Below, piece by piece: positions 1 through 9,522 of a DNA stretch of 64,000 nt (within the stretch, counting starts at the first letter, position 1; every line of letters begins with the position of its first letter). The stretch covers positions 256,001 to 320,000 of the forward strand of contig CAVUZH010000019.1 in the NCBI GenBank assembly GCA_963745835.1. Reading direction: 5' to 3'. The notes under the pieces were generated by a model. It saw nothing but the letters and a program-made list of their open reading frames with translations. It ran no database searches and had not been told where the DNA came from. A program made the position numbers and the translations under genes. This stretch comes from an uncultured delta proteobacterium (GTDB lineage: Bacteria > Desulfobacterota > Binatia > UBA9968).

Positions 1-82
1 GAAAACGTGCATATCGCTGTCCAGTATCGCAAAACCGTTTCTTGCCATTATTCTGCTCCTTTGGGAACCGCCGAAAACTCTT

Positions 83-1084
83 TCACTTATACAGATTATC
101 GATAAACCCGCTCTCATCGAGTTCCTTGATGAAACGCATATCTACAAAATTCTCCGGCTTGGCATTTTTAGCCTTGGCGTCCTTCTGACCCAATGAATCC
201 AACACCGTTCTTATCCCCTCCAAACTCGGGTATTGCTTGCGCGGCATCACACCATCACGAAAAGCAAGTTCGTAGGTCTTCTCTAGGACTTCTCTGTCAT
301 CCAAGCCTTTGAAGTACTTGCTCAGTACAGTCATGCCAGTTTTTTTATCCGTCTTTATACGATGAACAGCTTCGACATACGATCGGATGAATTTCCGAAC
401 GGCATCTGGATTATTCTGAATTAACCGGCGGGTAGTGGATGGGCCGGTATGTGGAAACGGGACATTCAAAGCGGAGATATCCATGAGAAGATGCAAGCCC
501 TTCTTCTGAGCTAGAATACTTGCGGGTGGTTCCAGAGGAGTTGCTTGCATCCTGCCGGTCTCTATAGCCCCCATACGCGTAGGATTGTTGCCCGCCGGGA
601 CGATAGTCACATCTTTTCCCGGAACCAAACCAAACTTTTGAAGCGCAAAGCGCGCTGCGAAATCAGTTGTCGACCCAAAGCCGCCGATTGCAATGGTTCC
701 TCCTCTAAGCTGCTCCCGGGACTTTGTCTCGGGGCCGGACATCAGCCAATAATTGATGGATGTGGTACCGCCCGCAATCATGACCAGATCCGAGCCACCG
801 AGATTACTCGCGATAACGCCGTTGCCTGCGCCGTGATAGATCTGAGCCTCACCGGAAAGTATAACAGAGATAGTGATGGGCCCGCCGCCACCTAACCAGA
901 CAGCCTGCGCATCCAAACCATTCTTTCTGAATATACCTGTTTCATAGGCAACCCAGATCGGCAGTCCGGGAGCGCCGATAGACGTGTTACCAACCACGAA
1001 CTTTTGACCGAGGGCGTTAGAAGGGCCAATAGCTATCACGAAAAGGAAAATTGCCGCCGTCCTTGCAAAAGAAAGTCTTCTCAT
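83..1084 (-). CDS. ABC transporter substrate-binding protein, NMT1/THI5/TauA-like
   Basis: 333 aa, signal peptide, PIWVAYETGIFRKNGLD motif, typical C-terminus (FVDMRFIKELDESGFI). Confidence 0.88.
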   Translation of the reverse strand: MRRLSFARTAAIFLFVIAIGPSNALGQKFVVGNTSIGAPGLPIWVAYETGIFRKNGLDAQAVWLGGGGPITISVILSGEAQIYHGAGNGVIASNLGGSDLVMIAGGTTSINYWLMSGPETKSREQLRGGTIAIGGFGSTTDFAARFALQKFGLVPGKDVTIVPAGNNPTRMGAIETGRMQATPLEPPASILAQKKGLHLLMDISALNVPFPHTGPSTTRRLIQNNPDAVRKFIRSYVEAVHRIKTDKKTGMTVLSKYFKGLDDREVLEKTYELAFRDGVMPRKQYPSLEGIRTVLDSLGQKDAKAKNAKPENFVDMRFIKELDESGFIDNLYK

Positions 1085-1181
1085 TTGTGTTCCCGGATAG
1101 CTTCCTTCGTGGTCAGCGGAACCTCGCCTTCAATTCTTCGGTATCGTTGCTCTAAGATGACACTGTCGCGTGGGCTATCGG

Positions 1182-2333
1182 TTAATGGACGCCGTAAAGG
1201 CGAGCGCAGTTGTCCCAGAGAATTTTCCTTCGTGAATTGCTCGGCATCTCCATCGCCATAAAATGATTCATCGCATCCGGCCAATGGGAGTCGGCGTGCG
1301 GATAGTCCGTGGAGATCACCACGTTGTCGTCGCCGATCCGTCTGAGCACGTCGCCGAGCAAGTCCTCTTCAACATCCACCGAGATAAAGCATTGGCGCAT
1401 AAAATAATCACTCGGCTTCATGCTCATCGGTTCGTTGCAGTACCCCTTGCGCATCTCCCAACGTTCGTCCAAGCGATAGAGCGCCCACGGTAACCAGCCG
1501 CAATTGCCTTCGAGAAACGCTACCCGCAGCTTGGGGAATCGCTCCAAAACACCGCCGGCGCAAAAACTCCCAACCGCCAGCATCAGCTCCACGGGATTGC
1601 GAAAAGCGTTGATCAGCACCGCTTCATTGTTATGGCCTTTGAAACGATGCACCACCTGGTCGGTGTTGGGATTGGCGGCCGGATGAAAACACACCGGTAC
1701 ACCGAGCTTCTCCGCTTCGCGCCACACCGGATCGTAGTAGCGATCGTGTATGTGGCGCCCGTTGGCCGGCTCCGGCACCAGACATAAACCAATGGCGCCT
1801 AATTCCGTGATCGCGCGGCGCGTTTCGTCCACCGCCAGATCGACATCATGAAGCGTGATCAGCGCCGATGGTCGGAGCCGCTTGGGATCAACTTTGCAAA
1901 AATCCGCCATCCAGCTATTCCATGCGCGGCACAGATCGTTGGCATATTCCGGCTCTAGGCTGTCGTCGCAATGCAGAGGAAAAGTCCGAAACAACACCGC
2001 CACGTCTAAACCCTCCACGTCCATCGCTTCCAGCTGCGACACCGCATCGTAATCCCGCGCCAACGCTCTCTCGTAGCGGTGCGCTACTTCCGCTTCGCCG
2101 GGTGCAGCTTCATTGACGTTCTTCTTGGGCGAAGTCGCGCTCAGCGAGGCCGTCCCGGACGGCCGCAACGGCTTACCGTTAGCCAACGTAAACTTGATTT
2201 GACCATGCCGCTTGCGCGGCGCGCCTTGCGGAATCCGATCGCCCCACTTGGGATCCATATATCTCAGATACAGATCATGCGGTTCGTACACATGCATGTC
2301 GCTATCGAGAATTTTGTAACCGCTTCGTGCCAT
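1182..2333 (-). CDS. Amidohydrolase family protein (Amidohydro_2)
   Basis: DSDMH metal motif, VCFHP, FLEGNCGW, STDYPHAD. Confidence 0.92.
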   Translation of the reverse strand: MARSGYKILDSDMHVYEPHDLYLRYMDPKWGDRIPQGAPRKRHGQIKFTLANGKPLRPSGTASLSATSPKKNVNEAAPGEAEVAHRYERALARDYDAVSQLEAMDVEGLDVAVLFRTFPLHCDDSLEPEYANDLCRAWNSWMADFCKVDPKRLRPSALITLHDVDLAVDETRRAITELGAIGLCLVPEPANGRHIHDRYYDPVWREAEKLGVPVCFHPAANPNTDQVVHRFKGHNNEAVLINAFRNPVELMLAVGSFCAGGVLERFPKLRVAFLEGNCGWLPWALYRLDERWEMRKGYCNEPMSMKPSDYFMRQCFISVDVEEDLLGDVLRRIGDDNVVISTDYPHADSHWPDAMNHFMAMEMPSNSRRKILWDNCARLYGVH

Positions 2334-2345
2334 GATCTTTCCTTT

Positions 2346-2499
2346 CTAGCAGGCTGCTGAAAAAACCCATATGCTTCGTTGCCGCTCAATCGCCTCGCTG
2401 CAACGTACTGTAAGTACGCCTCCGCTCGTCGATTTTTCGCGCGTCTCGCCTCTGGATCTTTTTGAGCAGCCTGCAAGAGGCTTTTTCAGCGTCTGCTAG
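2346..2499. repeat. Palindromic MITE/REPIN-like element, copy 1
   Basis: Left end CTAGCAGGCTGCTGAAAAA; right ends TTTTTGAGCAGCCTGC (to 2474) and TTTTTCAGCGTCTGCTAG (to 2499); related copy at 25837-25964. Confidence 0.85.
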
Positions 2500-2554
2500 T
2501 GATTACGTCGGTATAAGAAATCGATGTAATCGCTATCCAGAATCCCGTCCACGC

Positions 2555-2652
2555 CGGCTTATCGTCCTTAAGAAATACCTCAATCTGTGTGTTGTCTCGA
2601 TTGATTACGTGAAAACAAATGTGACCTACCGAAGCTCGGCCAGCCACGGCAT
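2555..2652 (-). pseudogene. N-terminal remnant of a REP-associated tyrosine (Y1/HUH) transposase
   Basis: With one frameshift reads MPWLA(R)ASVGHICFHVINRDNTQIEVFLKDD, resembling the RAYT N-terminus MPRxxR...YHVINRGN...VF. Confidence 0.6.
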
Positions 2653-2907
2653 ACTGCCATCTACCGCGGATAATCCTCGTCACGCAAGAGAAAAAATGTC
2701 CTCTTTCATCGGCTTGATCAGCACACGCTATTGCTTTGCCGGCATTCGGGTTGCAGCTCCGGTCTTCGAGTTGTTATTGCGCTGGAACGGACAAGCCAGG
2801 TCTTCGGATCACGCAGGGGTTCAGGCCCGAGTAGCCGCAACACCGTTAGATGGCAAATATTCTGAGCAGAGATAACAGGAGTCTTTTTTGACGTTGGCAT
2901 TCGCGTG

Positions 2908-3216
2908 TCATGCCAGCACCCTCCGATTGTCTTCGATCCTTTTTCTCACCGTCGCCGGCAGCCCTTTCTCAGCGGTACGCAAGTCATAGGTCATTTGCAG
3001 GTTCATCCAGAATTCCGCCGAGGTTTTGAAAAACGTTCCTAGCCGGATTGCGGTGTCCCCCGTGATGCCTCTTTGATCCTTCAGAATCGCCGTAATCCGA
3101 TTGGCCGGCACCCCGATCGCCTTCGCGAGCGCGTTGGCCGTCAGACCCAAGGGTTTCAAAAATTCCTCTTTGAGAATTTCACCCGGGGGAATCGGTCGCA
3201 TTCCATTCTTTTTCAT
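2908..3216 (-). CDS. higA: HigA family antitoxin (XRE HTH)
   Basis: PIPPGEILKEEFLKPLG, ITGDTAIRL, AEFWMNLQ. Confidence 0.95.
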   Translation of the reverse strand: MKKNGMRPIPPGEILKEEFLKPLGLTANALAKAIGVPANRITAILKDQRGITGDTAIRLGTFFKTSAEFWMNLQMTYDLRTAEKGLPATVRKRIEDNRRVLA

Positions 3217-3226
3217 TGGTTACTCC

Positions 3227-3505
3227 TTAATGATAATCCACAATTTCAACCTCATGTGGCCCGTCATCTTTCCACGTAAAACAGATCCGCAACTGGTCAT
3301 TGATCCGGATACTGTATTGTCCGGCCCTGTCGCCCGATAACTTTTCCAATCTGTTTCCGGGACTCGCGGCAAGGTCGCCCAGCTTCACCGCGCTATCCAG
3401 CATAACCAGCTTGCGCTGCGCCACCTTCTTGAACCCTGAGAACTGCCTGACATTGTCTTCACCGAAGAAATCCTCCGTTTTGCGGTCGTTGAAGCTTCTG
3501 ATCAT
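3227..3505 (-). CDS. higB: HigB (RelE/ParE superfamily) toxin
   Basis: MIRSF, PGNRLEKLSGDRAGQYSIRINDQ, EIVDYH; toxin lies upstream of antitoxin; ATG at 3505 preferred. Confidence 0.95.
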   Translation of the reverse strand: MIRSFNDRKTEDFFGEDNVRQFSGFKKVAQRKLVMLDSAVKLGDLAASPGNRLEKLSGDRAGQYSIRINDQLRICFTWKDDGPHEVEIVDYH

Positions 3506-3728
3506 GTATTTGAACGCTACCACAGTTTACGACTTACGTAAAACATAGGCACCCTCGAAAAGGTTTCCCGGATGAACCGGATCCAAGCAGTCCGGTTTTA
3601 GCCGGCAATTTCCGTTTTCTTGACCACGCGCTTATTGCAGTCACCACGCCTGCTCGGGTATGTTCGAAAAAGTTTTCGGATTCATCGTATAGCTGAATTC
3701 CTCTTTAGAATCTTTGAAGGAGAATCAC

Positions 3729-5012
3729 ATGGCAGATTTATTTCGCTTATCGGCGAGCGAAGCGGCGGCGCGCATCGGCGAAGGCAAACTCACCTCCGAA
3801 GCTCTGGTGCGCTCCTGTCTCGAGCGAATCGATTCACGGGAGGCGCAAGTGAAAGCGTGGGTCCATCTGGACCGCGATTTTGCCCTTGCGCAGGCCCGGG
3901 AGTGCGACAAGAGCGGAAGCCGAGGTCCGCTTCACGGAATTCCTTTCGCCGCCAAGGACATCATGGATAGCGCCGATCTGCCCACGGAGTACGGGTCTCC
4001 TATTTATAAAGGCAATCGTCCGAAGGCGGACGCGGCTTGCGTGGCGCTGAGCCGCGCGGCCGGCGGAGTGCTGCTGGGCAAGACGGTGACGACCGAGTTC
4101 GCCAGTCGATCTCCACTGGGAAACACGACCAATCCGCACAACCCGGAGCATACGCCCGGCGGTTCCTCGAGCGGCTCGGCGGCCGCAGTCGGCGATTTCA
4201 TGGTGCCGCTGGGGTTCGGCACTCAGACTGTCGGATCGGTGATCCGTCCGGCGGCGTTCTGCGGCTGCATCGGATACAAGCCGAGCTTCGGCGAATTCAG
4301 CACGCAGGGCGTGAAGCAGAATACCGCGTCGTTCGACACCGTTGGATTGTTCGCTCGCGCTGTCGAGGATCTCGCGCTGTTCCGAGCCGCGCTGACAGGA
4401 TTCGCTGCGAAACCTCTGCACGCCATTCCGGTGAATAATCTCAAGATTGGTTTTTGCCGATTGTTCTGGGACCGCGCGGAGGAATACACGAAGAAATTTC
4501 TTGAAGAGGCCGCAAGCGCGCTGGCGAGGGCCGGAGCGAAGGTCTCCGACGTCGATCTCGGCAAGCCGTTCGAACAGTTCGAGACCATGGGCCGGCGCAT
4601 AAATGATTTCGAGTTCTCGCGTGGCCTTACCTGGGAACGGCAGCATCATTGGGACCTCTTGAGCCAGTTCCAGCGCGACAAGTTCGCCGGCTGGCTCAAT
4701 ATTTCGTACGAGCAATACCGCGAAGCCGAGGACGTGCTGGGGAAGTGCCGCAATCATCTCGCCGATGCTATGAAAGATTTAGACCTGCTGCTCACACCGA
4801 GCGCGCCCGGCGAGGCTCCGGCGGGACTAGCCAGCACGGGCGACACGTCTTTCAATATTCTATCGACGTGGACCTATACTCCCTGCCTCACGCTGCCAGT
4901 GTTTACGGGACCATCCGGCTTGCCAGTGGGCATTCAGCTCATCGGCCACCGCAACCAGGACCACCGTCTGTTGGAAGGAGCACAGGCCGTGTACCGGGTA
5001 TTTGCGAAATGA
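3729..5012 (+). CDS. Amidase signature family protein
   Basis: KD, GGSSSGSAAAV and GTQTVGS motifs; RBS GAAGGAG before ATG 3729. Confidence 0.93.
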   Translation: MADLFRLSASEAAARIGEGKLTSEALVRSCLERIDSREAQVKAWVHLDRDFALAQARECDKSGSRGPLHGIPFAAKDIMDSADLPTEYGSPIYKGNRPKADAACVALSRAAGGVLLGKTVTTEFASRSPLGNTTNPHNPEHTPGGSSSGSAAAVGDFMVPLGFGTQTVGSVIRPAAFCGCIGYKPSFGEFSTQGVKQNTASFDTVGLFARAVEDLALFRAALTGFAAKPLHAIPVNNLKIGFCRLFWDRAEEYTKKFLEEAASALARAGAKVSDVDLGKPFEQFETMGRRINDFEFSRGLTWERQHHWDLLSQFQRDKFAGWLNISYEQYREAEDVLGKCRNHLADAMKDLDLLLTPSAPGEAPAGLASTGDTSFNILSTWTYTPCLTLPVFTGPSGLPVGIQLIGHRNQDHRLLEGAQAVYRVFAK

Positions 5013-5038
5013 AAATGATTGCCACGTCGTCATTCCTG

Positions 5039-5103
5039 CCCTCACCTTAGCGTCTCTTTGAGGGTGAGGGGAGCTTCGCGATGACGGGCATGCCGCCATC
5101 GCG
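5039..5103. repeat. Two intergenic hairpins (REP-like)
   Basis: CCCTCACC...GGTGAGGG (5039-5070) and CGCGATG...CATCGCG. Confidence 0.45.
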
Positions 5104-5151
5104 TGCTCCCTGAATAGATGGCTTCATTCCAATCGGTTTCTCGGAGGCTCC

Positions 5152-6501
5152 ATGCAGAACGTAAATCCCGACATCATCGTCATCGGCGCCGGCGGATGCG
5201 GGCTCATGGCGGCGCTAGTGGCAGCCAAGAAGGGCGCGCGGGTGCTGTTGCTCGAGAAAACGGATAAGCCCGGCGGCGGGACAGCGTTTTCGTCCAAGGG
5301 CATTCGTGCCGCCGGAAGCCGCCGGCAACGTGAGTTGAACATCGAAGATAGCGCGGCCCTCTATGCCGAAGATATTTTGCGGCGCAACAACGGCGAGAGC
5401 GATGCTGTCCTCACCCGTCGACTGACGGAGAATTCCGGGCGAGTCGCCGACTTTCTCACGGACCAAGTCGGCATCGAGTTTGAAATCGGCGAGTTTGCCT
5501 TCGGCCACAGCGGCAAGCGCTCACACTCGTGGAAGGAGGACAAGACCATCACCGATTTTCTGTTCGCGGCAGTGGAGCGGGAAAAGAATATCGAGGTACG
5601 CTTCTCCACGCCGGTGGTCGCGCTCGAACAGGACGCCGGCGGCGCCGTTATCGGAGTAAAAACAGAAGACGGAATTCTCACCGCGCGAAAAATTATTCTG
5701 GCATCGGGCGGATTCGGCGCCAGCGCGGAGTTATTGTCCCAATACATTCCCAAAGCCGTCGGCATCCCATTCCCCGGCCATCACGGCAGCACCGGCGACG
5801 GCATCAAAATGGGCTTGGAGATTGGCGCGGCGCTGGAGAACATGGCCGCGTTCCAGCCCTATCCGGCCTACCTCGGTCCGGGAAAGCGCGCGGTGCCGCC
5901 GGAAGTCGCGCTCTCCGGCGGCATCATGGTCGATGCCTTGGGAAAGCGTTTTGTCGATGAGAGGCGATACCCCGGCGGCCTCGGGATTAGAATGCTCGAT
6001 CTGCCCGGCAAACAAGCCTACGAAGTTTTCGATGAGCGGATTTTTCAGTTGCATCGGGAGGCGCCGGGCGTGAGAAGCTTGGGACGTCTTTTCGACGCGG
6101 GGCTTTTGCTGAAGGCCGAAACGCCGGAGGAGCTCGCCGGCAAACTCGGAATTGACGCCGAGGGGCTGAAGCAAACCATCGACGAGTGCAACGCATTCTC
6201 GGCGGATGGTGAGCAAGATGCGTTCGGGCGAGTTCTGCCCCAGCGTTTCGAGGCGCCCTACTATGGAATCAAAGTAACCGTGGCGCTCTACCATACTCAG
6301 GGCGGCTTGAAGGTGAACACCGATGCCCAGGTTCTGCGCGCCGACGGATCGATCATTCCCAACCTTTACGCCGGCGGCGGTGTCGCCGTCGGTGTCTCGG
6401 GCAAAGGGCTGGAAGGTTATCTGCCGGGAAACGGATTGTTGGCTTCGCTCGGTCTCGGCATGATCGCAGCGGAGCAGGCGGTAGCTTCGTTGAGAAAATG
6501 A
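5152..6501 (+). CDS. FAD-dependent oxidoreductase, flavocytochrome c/FAD_binding_2 family
   Basis: IVIGAGGCG, LASGGF, TGDG, YHTQGGLKVN, NLYAGG. Confidence 0.9.
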   Translation: MQNVNPDIIVIGAGGCGLMAALVAAKKGARVLLLEKTDKPGGGTAFSSKGIRAAGSRRQRELNIEDSAALYAEDILRRNNGESDAVLTRRLTENSGRVADFLTDQVGIEFEIGEFAFGHSGKRSHSWKEDKTITDFLFAAVEREKNIEVRFSTPVVALEQDAGGAVIGVKTEDGILTARKIILASGGFGASAELLSQYIPKAVGIPFPGHHGSTGDGIKMGLEIGAALENMAAFQPYPAYLGPGKRAVPPEVALSGGIMVDALGKRFVDERRYPGGLGIRMLDLPGKQAYEVFDERIFQLHREAPGVRSLGRLFDAGLLLKAETPEELAGKLGIDAEGLKQTIDECNAFSADGEQDAFGRVLPQRFEAPYYGIKVTVALYHTQGGLKVNTDAQVLRADGSIIPNLYAGGGVAVGVSGKGLEGYLPGNGLLASLGLGMIAAEQAVASLRK

Positions 6502-6505
6502 ACGT

Positions 6506-6615
6506 GTTCCAGCTGTTGCTTCGTTCCAGAACTTCAGCGTATCTTCGTACCGGCATGCGATGGATTATCGGGTTCGAAACGATTGGAACTTTTGAAACGT
6601 CTGGAACTAGTTGGA
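6506..6615. repeat. Inverted array of ~9-nt GTTCCA/TGGAAC units
   Basis: GTTCCA at 6506 and 6523; TTGGAAC/TTGAAAC/CTGGAAC at 6583, 6592, 6601. Confidence 0.6.
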
Positions 6616-6635
6616 TTGCATGGAGGTAATTAAGT

Positions 6636-6980
6636 ATGGCTTTGGTACGGTGCGTTACAGAAATGGGCATGGGAGTGGATGTTCATGGATTGGATTACAC
6701 GAGTGCCGCCAAGCGAGCGGTGTTCGATGCCATCCATCACAGCAGCCTGGGATTTCCCAAGCTAGTGGGAAAGACCGCCGATGATATGCGGGTCGATGTC
6801 ACTATCGGCGTGCCGAAGCCCGAGGCGGTAGATAAGCAGGCCGTCCTGGAATCGTTGCCCCACGGCGGCGGCCACATCAACGTGGTTCAAGGCGGATTGC
6901 AGGTGCTCAATGAAACGGGCAAGGACGGATGGCTGATCGCGAACGCGATTATCGTCGTCAGCATCGACGACGGGAAATAG
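6636..6980 (+). CDS. Lin0512 family protein
   Basis: EMGMGVDVHGxDYTxAAKRAVxDAIHHSSL, IGVPKPEAVD; RBS GGAGG. Confidence 0.9.
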   Translation: MALVRCVTEMGMGVDVHGLDYTSAAKRAVFDAIHHSSLGFPKLVGKTADDMRVDVTIGVPKPEAVDKQAVLESLPHGGGHINVVQGGLQVLNETGKDGWLIANAIIVVSIDDGK

Positions 6981-7002
6981 CCAGCAGGAGCGTTGCTCCT
7001 TT

Positions 7003-7051
7003 GTTCAAAACGTTCAAGCTGTTCAATCGCTACGCTCCGTTCAAATCGTTC
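7003..7051 (+). repeat. 9-nt-period GTTCAA tandem repeat
   Basis: GTTCAA at 7003, 7012, 7021 and 7039, GTTC at 7048; similar GTTCAAAACGTTCAAT at 24528. Confidence 0.7.
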
Positions 7052-7055
7052 GCCC

Positions 7056-7232
7056 GTGCATCAGGAATTGAAAGGTGCAAAGAGAACTTTTCACCGGCTG
7101 GTGCAGGATCTCAAACCAGGATCCACTGTATGGGAACTAGCCGAGCTTACGAAACGCATCGCCGAGCGAGTAGCTCCACAATCCGGACCGGCTGCCGGCG
7201 TTACGGCCCAGCTTACCATTCACGGTCGCGGC
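7056..7232 (+). pseudogene. Internal fragment of an M24 (Xaa-Pro peptidase-like) gene
   Basis: FHRLVQDLKPGSTVWELAE...LTIHGRG resembles the M24 pita-bread segment up to the metal His; no start codon and truncated right after HGRG. Confidence 0.5.
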
Positions 7233-7236
7233 GAGT

Positions 7237-9497
7237 TCAGTCGAGTTGGTCCAGAATTTCCTCGTCTGCAAGGCTAAGTTGGACGGTCTGTTCGTTTAAA
7301 TCGAACTCAGCCAGAAGAACGTCATTTTCATCTACACCGTACCTTCTCATGAACTGTCCATATCCGTACGAAGTGCCCCGATCATTTATGGCGATGTTCC
7401 GCAATTTTACCATATTCCTTCTTTTGATTTACACGCAAACTGTTGCCCGTCCAAGAAAGCCCCGGACGGGGCCAGGACATCGATAATCATTGAACTTGCG
7501 AGCTTAGGCACCCGAACCGCTAACCAAAAATGCCATCCATTCCCCATCCAAATTGTAAGACGCCGTTGCTTGGGCCTAAGGTGGTTGGCAATCCGCATCG
7601 CCTCAACAGCCGCTGGGTCTACTTTGACGCCTCGGAGCCTCCAAATATTGACATCAACATGTTCCAGAATGGGAATTAACTTGTGTACACGTTGAATGTG
7701 TCCTCGTTCATGCCCCGCTGCAGGCACGCAGCCGCAAGGCTATCTCGGTCTAGTATTCCCGAAGGAGATGATCGGAGGGCTTCAACGAATACATAATCGG
7801 CGTCAGAGAGTTCTTTTTTCAGATCAAATGGTACAGAAGCGTGGATCAATTCGTTCTCGACACGAAAACCTGGACATCTCCTATAAAACTCCAGAAGAAT
7901 CCGGGCGGGTGGCACCATCAGATCTTTCCATATCGGTTCCAGAAAAGCTCCGCCATTTATAAGCTCGTCGTAAACCATCCCTCAGCGTCAGAACATCCTG
8001 AGGAGAAGCGACTGACAATAGTTTCCGCGTAAGATTGTGCAATCGGTTGCGAGTGTATTTTACATCCGGAGCCCAAAACCAATCGTCATCCAAAAACTCA
8101 AATTCCCTCCGCGGATATTCTCACGAACCTGGGCCTCTGTAGTTCTAGAGCGGTGCTCCTGCGCTGCTTCTTGCACCTGAAAAACACTCGCCACTCCGGA
8201 TTTAGTTGCCATTCGTCTCGCTAGCATCGGAATCAATCGTAACATTCGTGCTTCAGAGCGGCGCGTTAGCATTTTATTGCCTGAACGCGTTTCAGTTATA
8301 CTCAAAACACTTTCCCTACCCAGGAGGGCAGCTGCTTCTAGGATTCCAGCCGGATGAAAGTCTCCTCGAGAGATCCCCAAATCTCGTAGTAAACGACTCG
8401 CCTCGAGAAGGTTGAGCGGCGCACGTTGTTCTAAAGTGGCAAGCGCTTCATCAAGCTGCGGCATGAATACGGGGTGCTTAGGTATCCTAGCTATCACTGA
8501 GGCTTGGATTTGGCGTAATTTTCTCTTGTAATGCCAAGCCGCTGCCCACACATTTCTAGTGTTTCAGGTTCTTCACCATTCCAGCCAAATCGAGCAGCTA
8601 GGACGTTTAGACGTTCTCCTCGGTATCGCGAAAGGAAGCTTCAATAGTCCTTGTAAAAGCATCCTCAAGCGAACAACGCTTCGCCTGATCCAATATATTC
8701 CTCAATTTTTTCAATCGAGTCGGCTAAAGCACGCAAGGGGCAAACACTACCCAGGATAAGGCTGCAAAAAAGTAGGCTTTCTATTCGCTCTAGAAGTGTA
8801 CCGTGGCCGCCGTGGGGCAAGAACCGCTTAAAAACGTCGAATATGCTCACTTACCTGTTCTGGCCAATCAGTCGCAGCCACTCGCTCTAATGTATGAATA
8901 TCTTCGAGTCGATTTTCTACCAAAGGAAGGATTACCGCCTGATCACCGACGTAATCGCGATGCTCCATTTCGCCTATCCTACCGCCACGTAACTAGAAAC
9001 GAACTGATCGTAATAATCCATGGCGCCTTCTAGAGTCGCCAAGAAATCAAGGATCGATTTCGCACCCATGCCCTTCATTTCAAAGAGATCATGAAACGTA
9101 AGCTTTACCAGGCTGGCAACGGCCTCTTCGGTCAGGTAACCCTTCTTTCGTTAACGCATTACGTGTCCAACACATCCATGAAATGTCGGCCATTTAAGCC
9201 CGAGTGGCCAGCTCCTATCGAAACACTTCAAAGCTTAACAGTGGCAAACCGGAGAATCAAGAAATTGAAATATAAGGAAATGCTCCAACCGCGGAAGTAA
9301 TTGATTCATGGTGCCCAAAACATTTGGGCCAAGCATCTCCATTGTTGATCCGAGTGGCAGCCCCGTGGCCGTACAGACCCAGTCTGGAAGAAGATGATCG
9401 CGCCACACCTGGCGAAGAACCTCGGTAAAAGTGGAGCCGGGGTATGTCCCCAGCGGATTGCAACTATGTCAAGGATTTTGGAAGTTGAAAAACTCAT
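7237..9497 (-). pseudogene. Multiply frameshifted ~750-aa protein with RNAP alphaCTD-like HhH and sigma70 region-4 HTH
   Basis: Stitched frames give LTFHDLFEMKGMGAKSILDFL (alphaCTD-like), ARFGWNGEEPETLEMCGQRLGITRE..RQIQ (sigma4), and end ...LLAEFDL...DQLD* at 7237; frameshifts may be artefacts. Confidence 0.72.
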
Positions 9498-9522
9498 TGG
9501 CTTGAGGTACATTATAACAAGA

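Noticed and set aside
2655-2855. Possible integron attC (TGCCATCTAC ... GTTAGATGGCA) beside higBA
   Set aside because: The left box lacks a base of RYYYAAC, the ~200-nt span is long, no convincing internal pairing was seen, and there is no intI or second attC.
3834-4757. 307-aa antisense ORF (and similar ones at 5731-6294, 31359-31916, 34714-35385)
   Set aside because: These are shadow ORFs opposite well-supported genes in GC-rich DNA, with no motifs.
6506-7051. CRISPR array
   Set aside because: Units are ~9 nt with no unique spacers, and there are no cas genes.
8500-8600. Sigma factor serving as the output of the partner-switching cluster
   Set aside because: Only a region-4 HTH is present within a larger protein, with no region 2, and it lies in a separate foreign-looking block.
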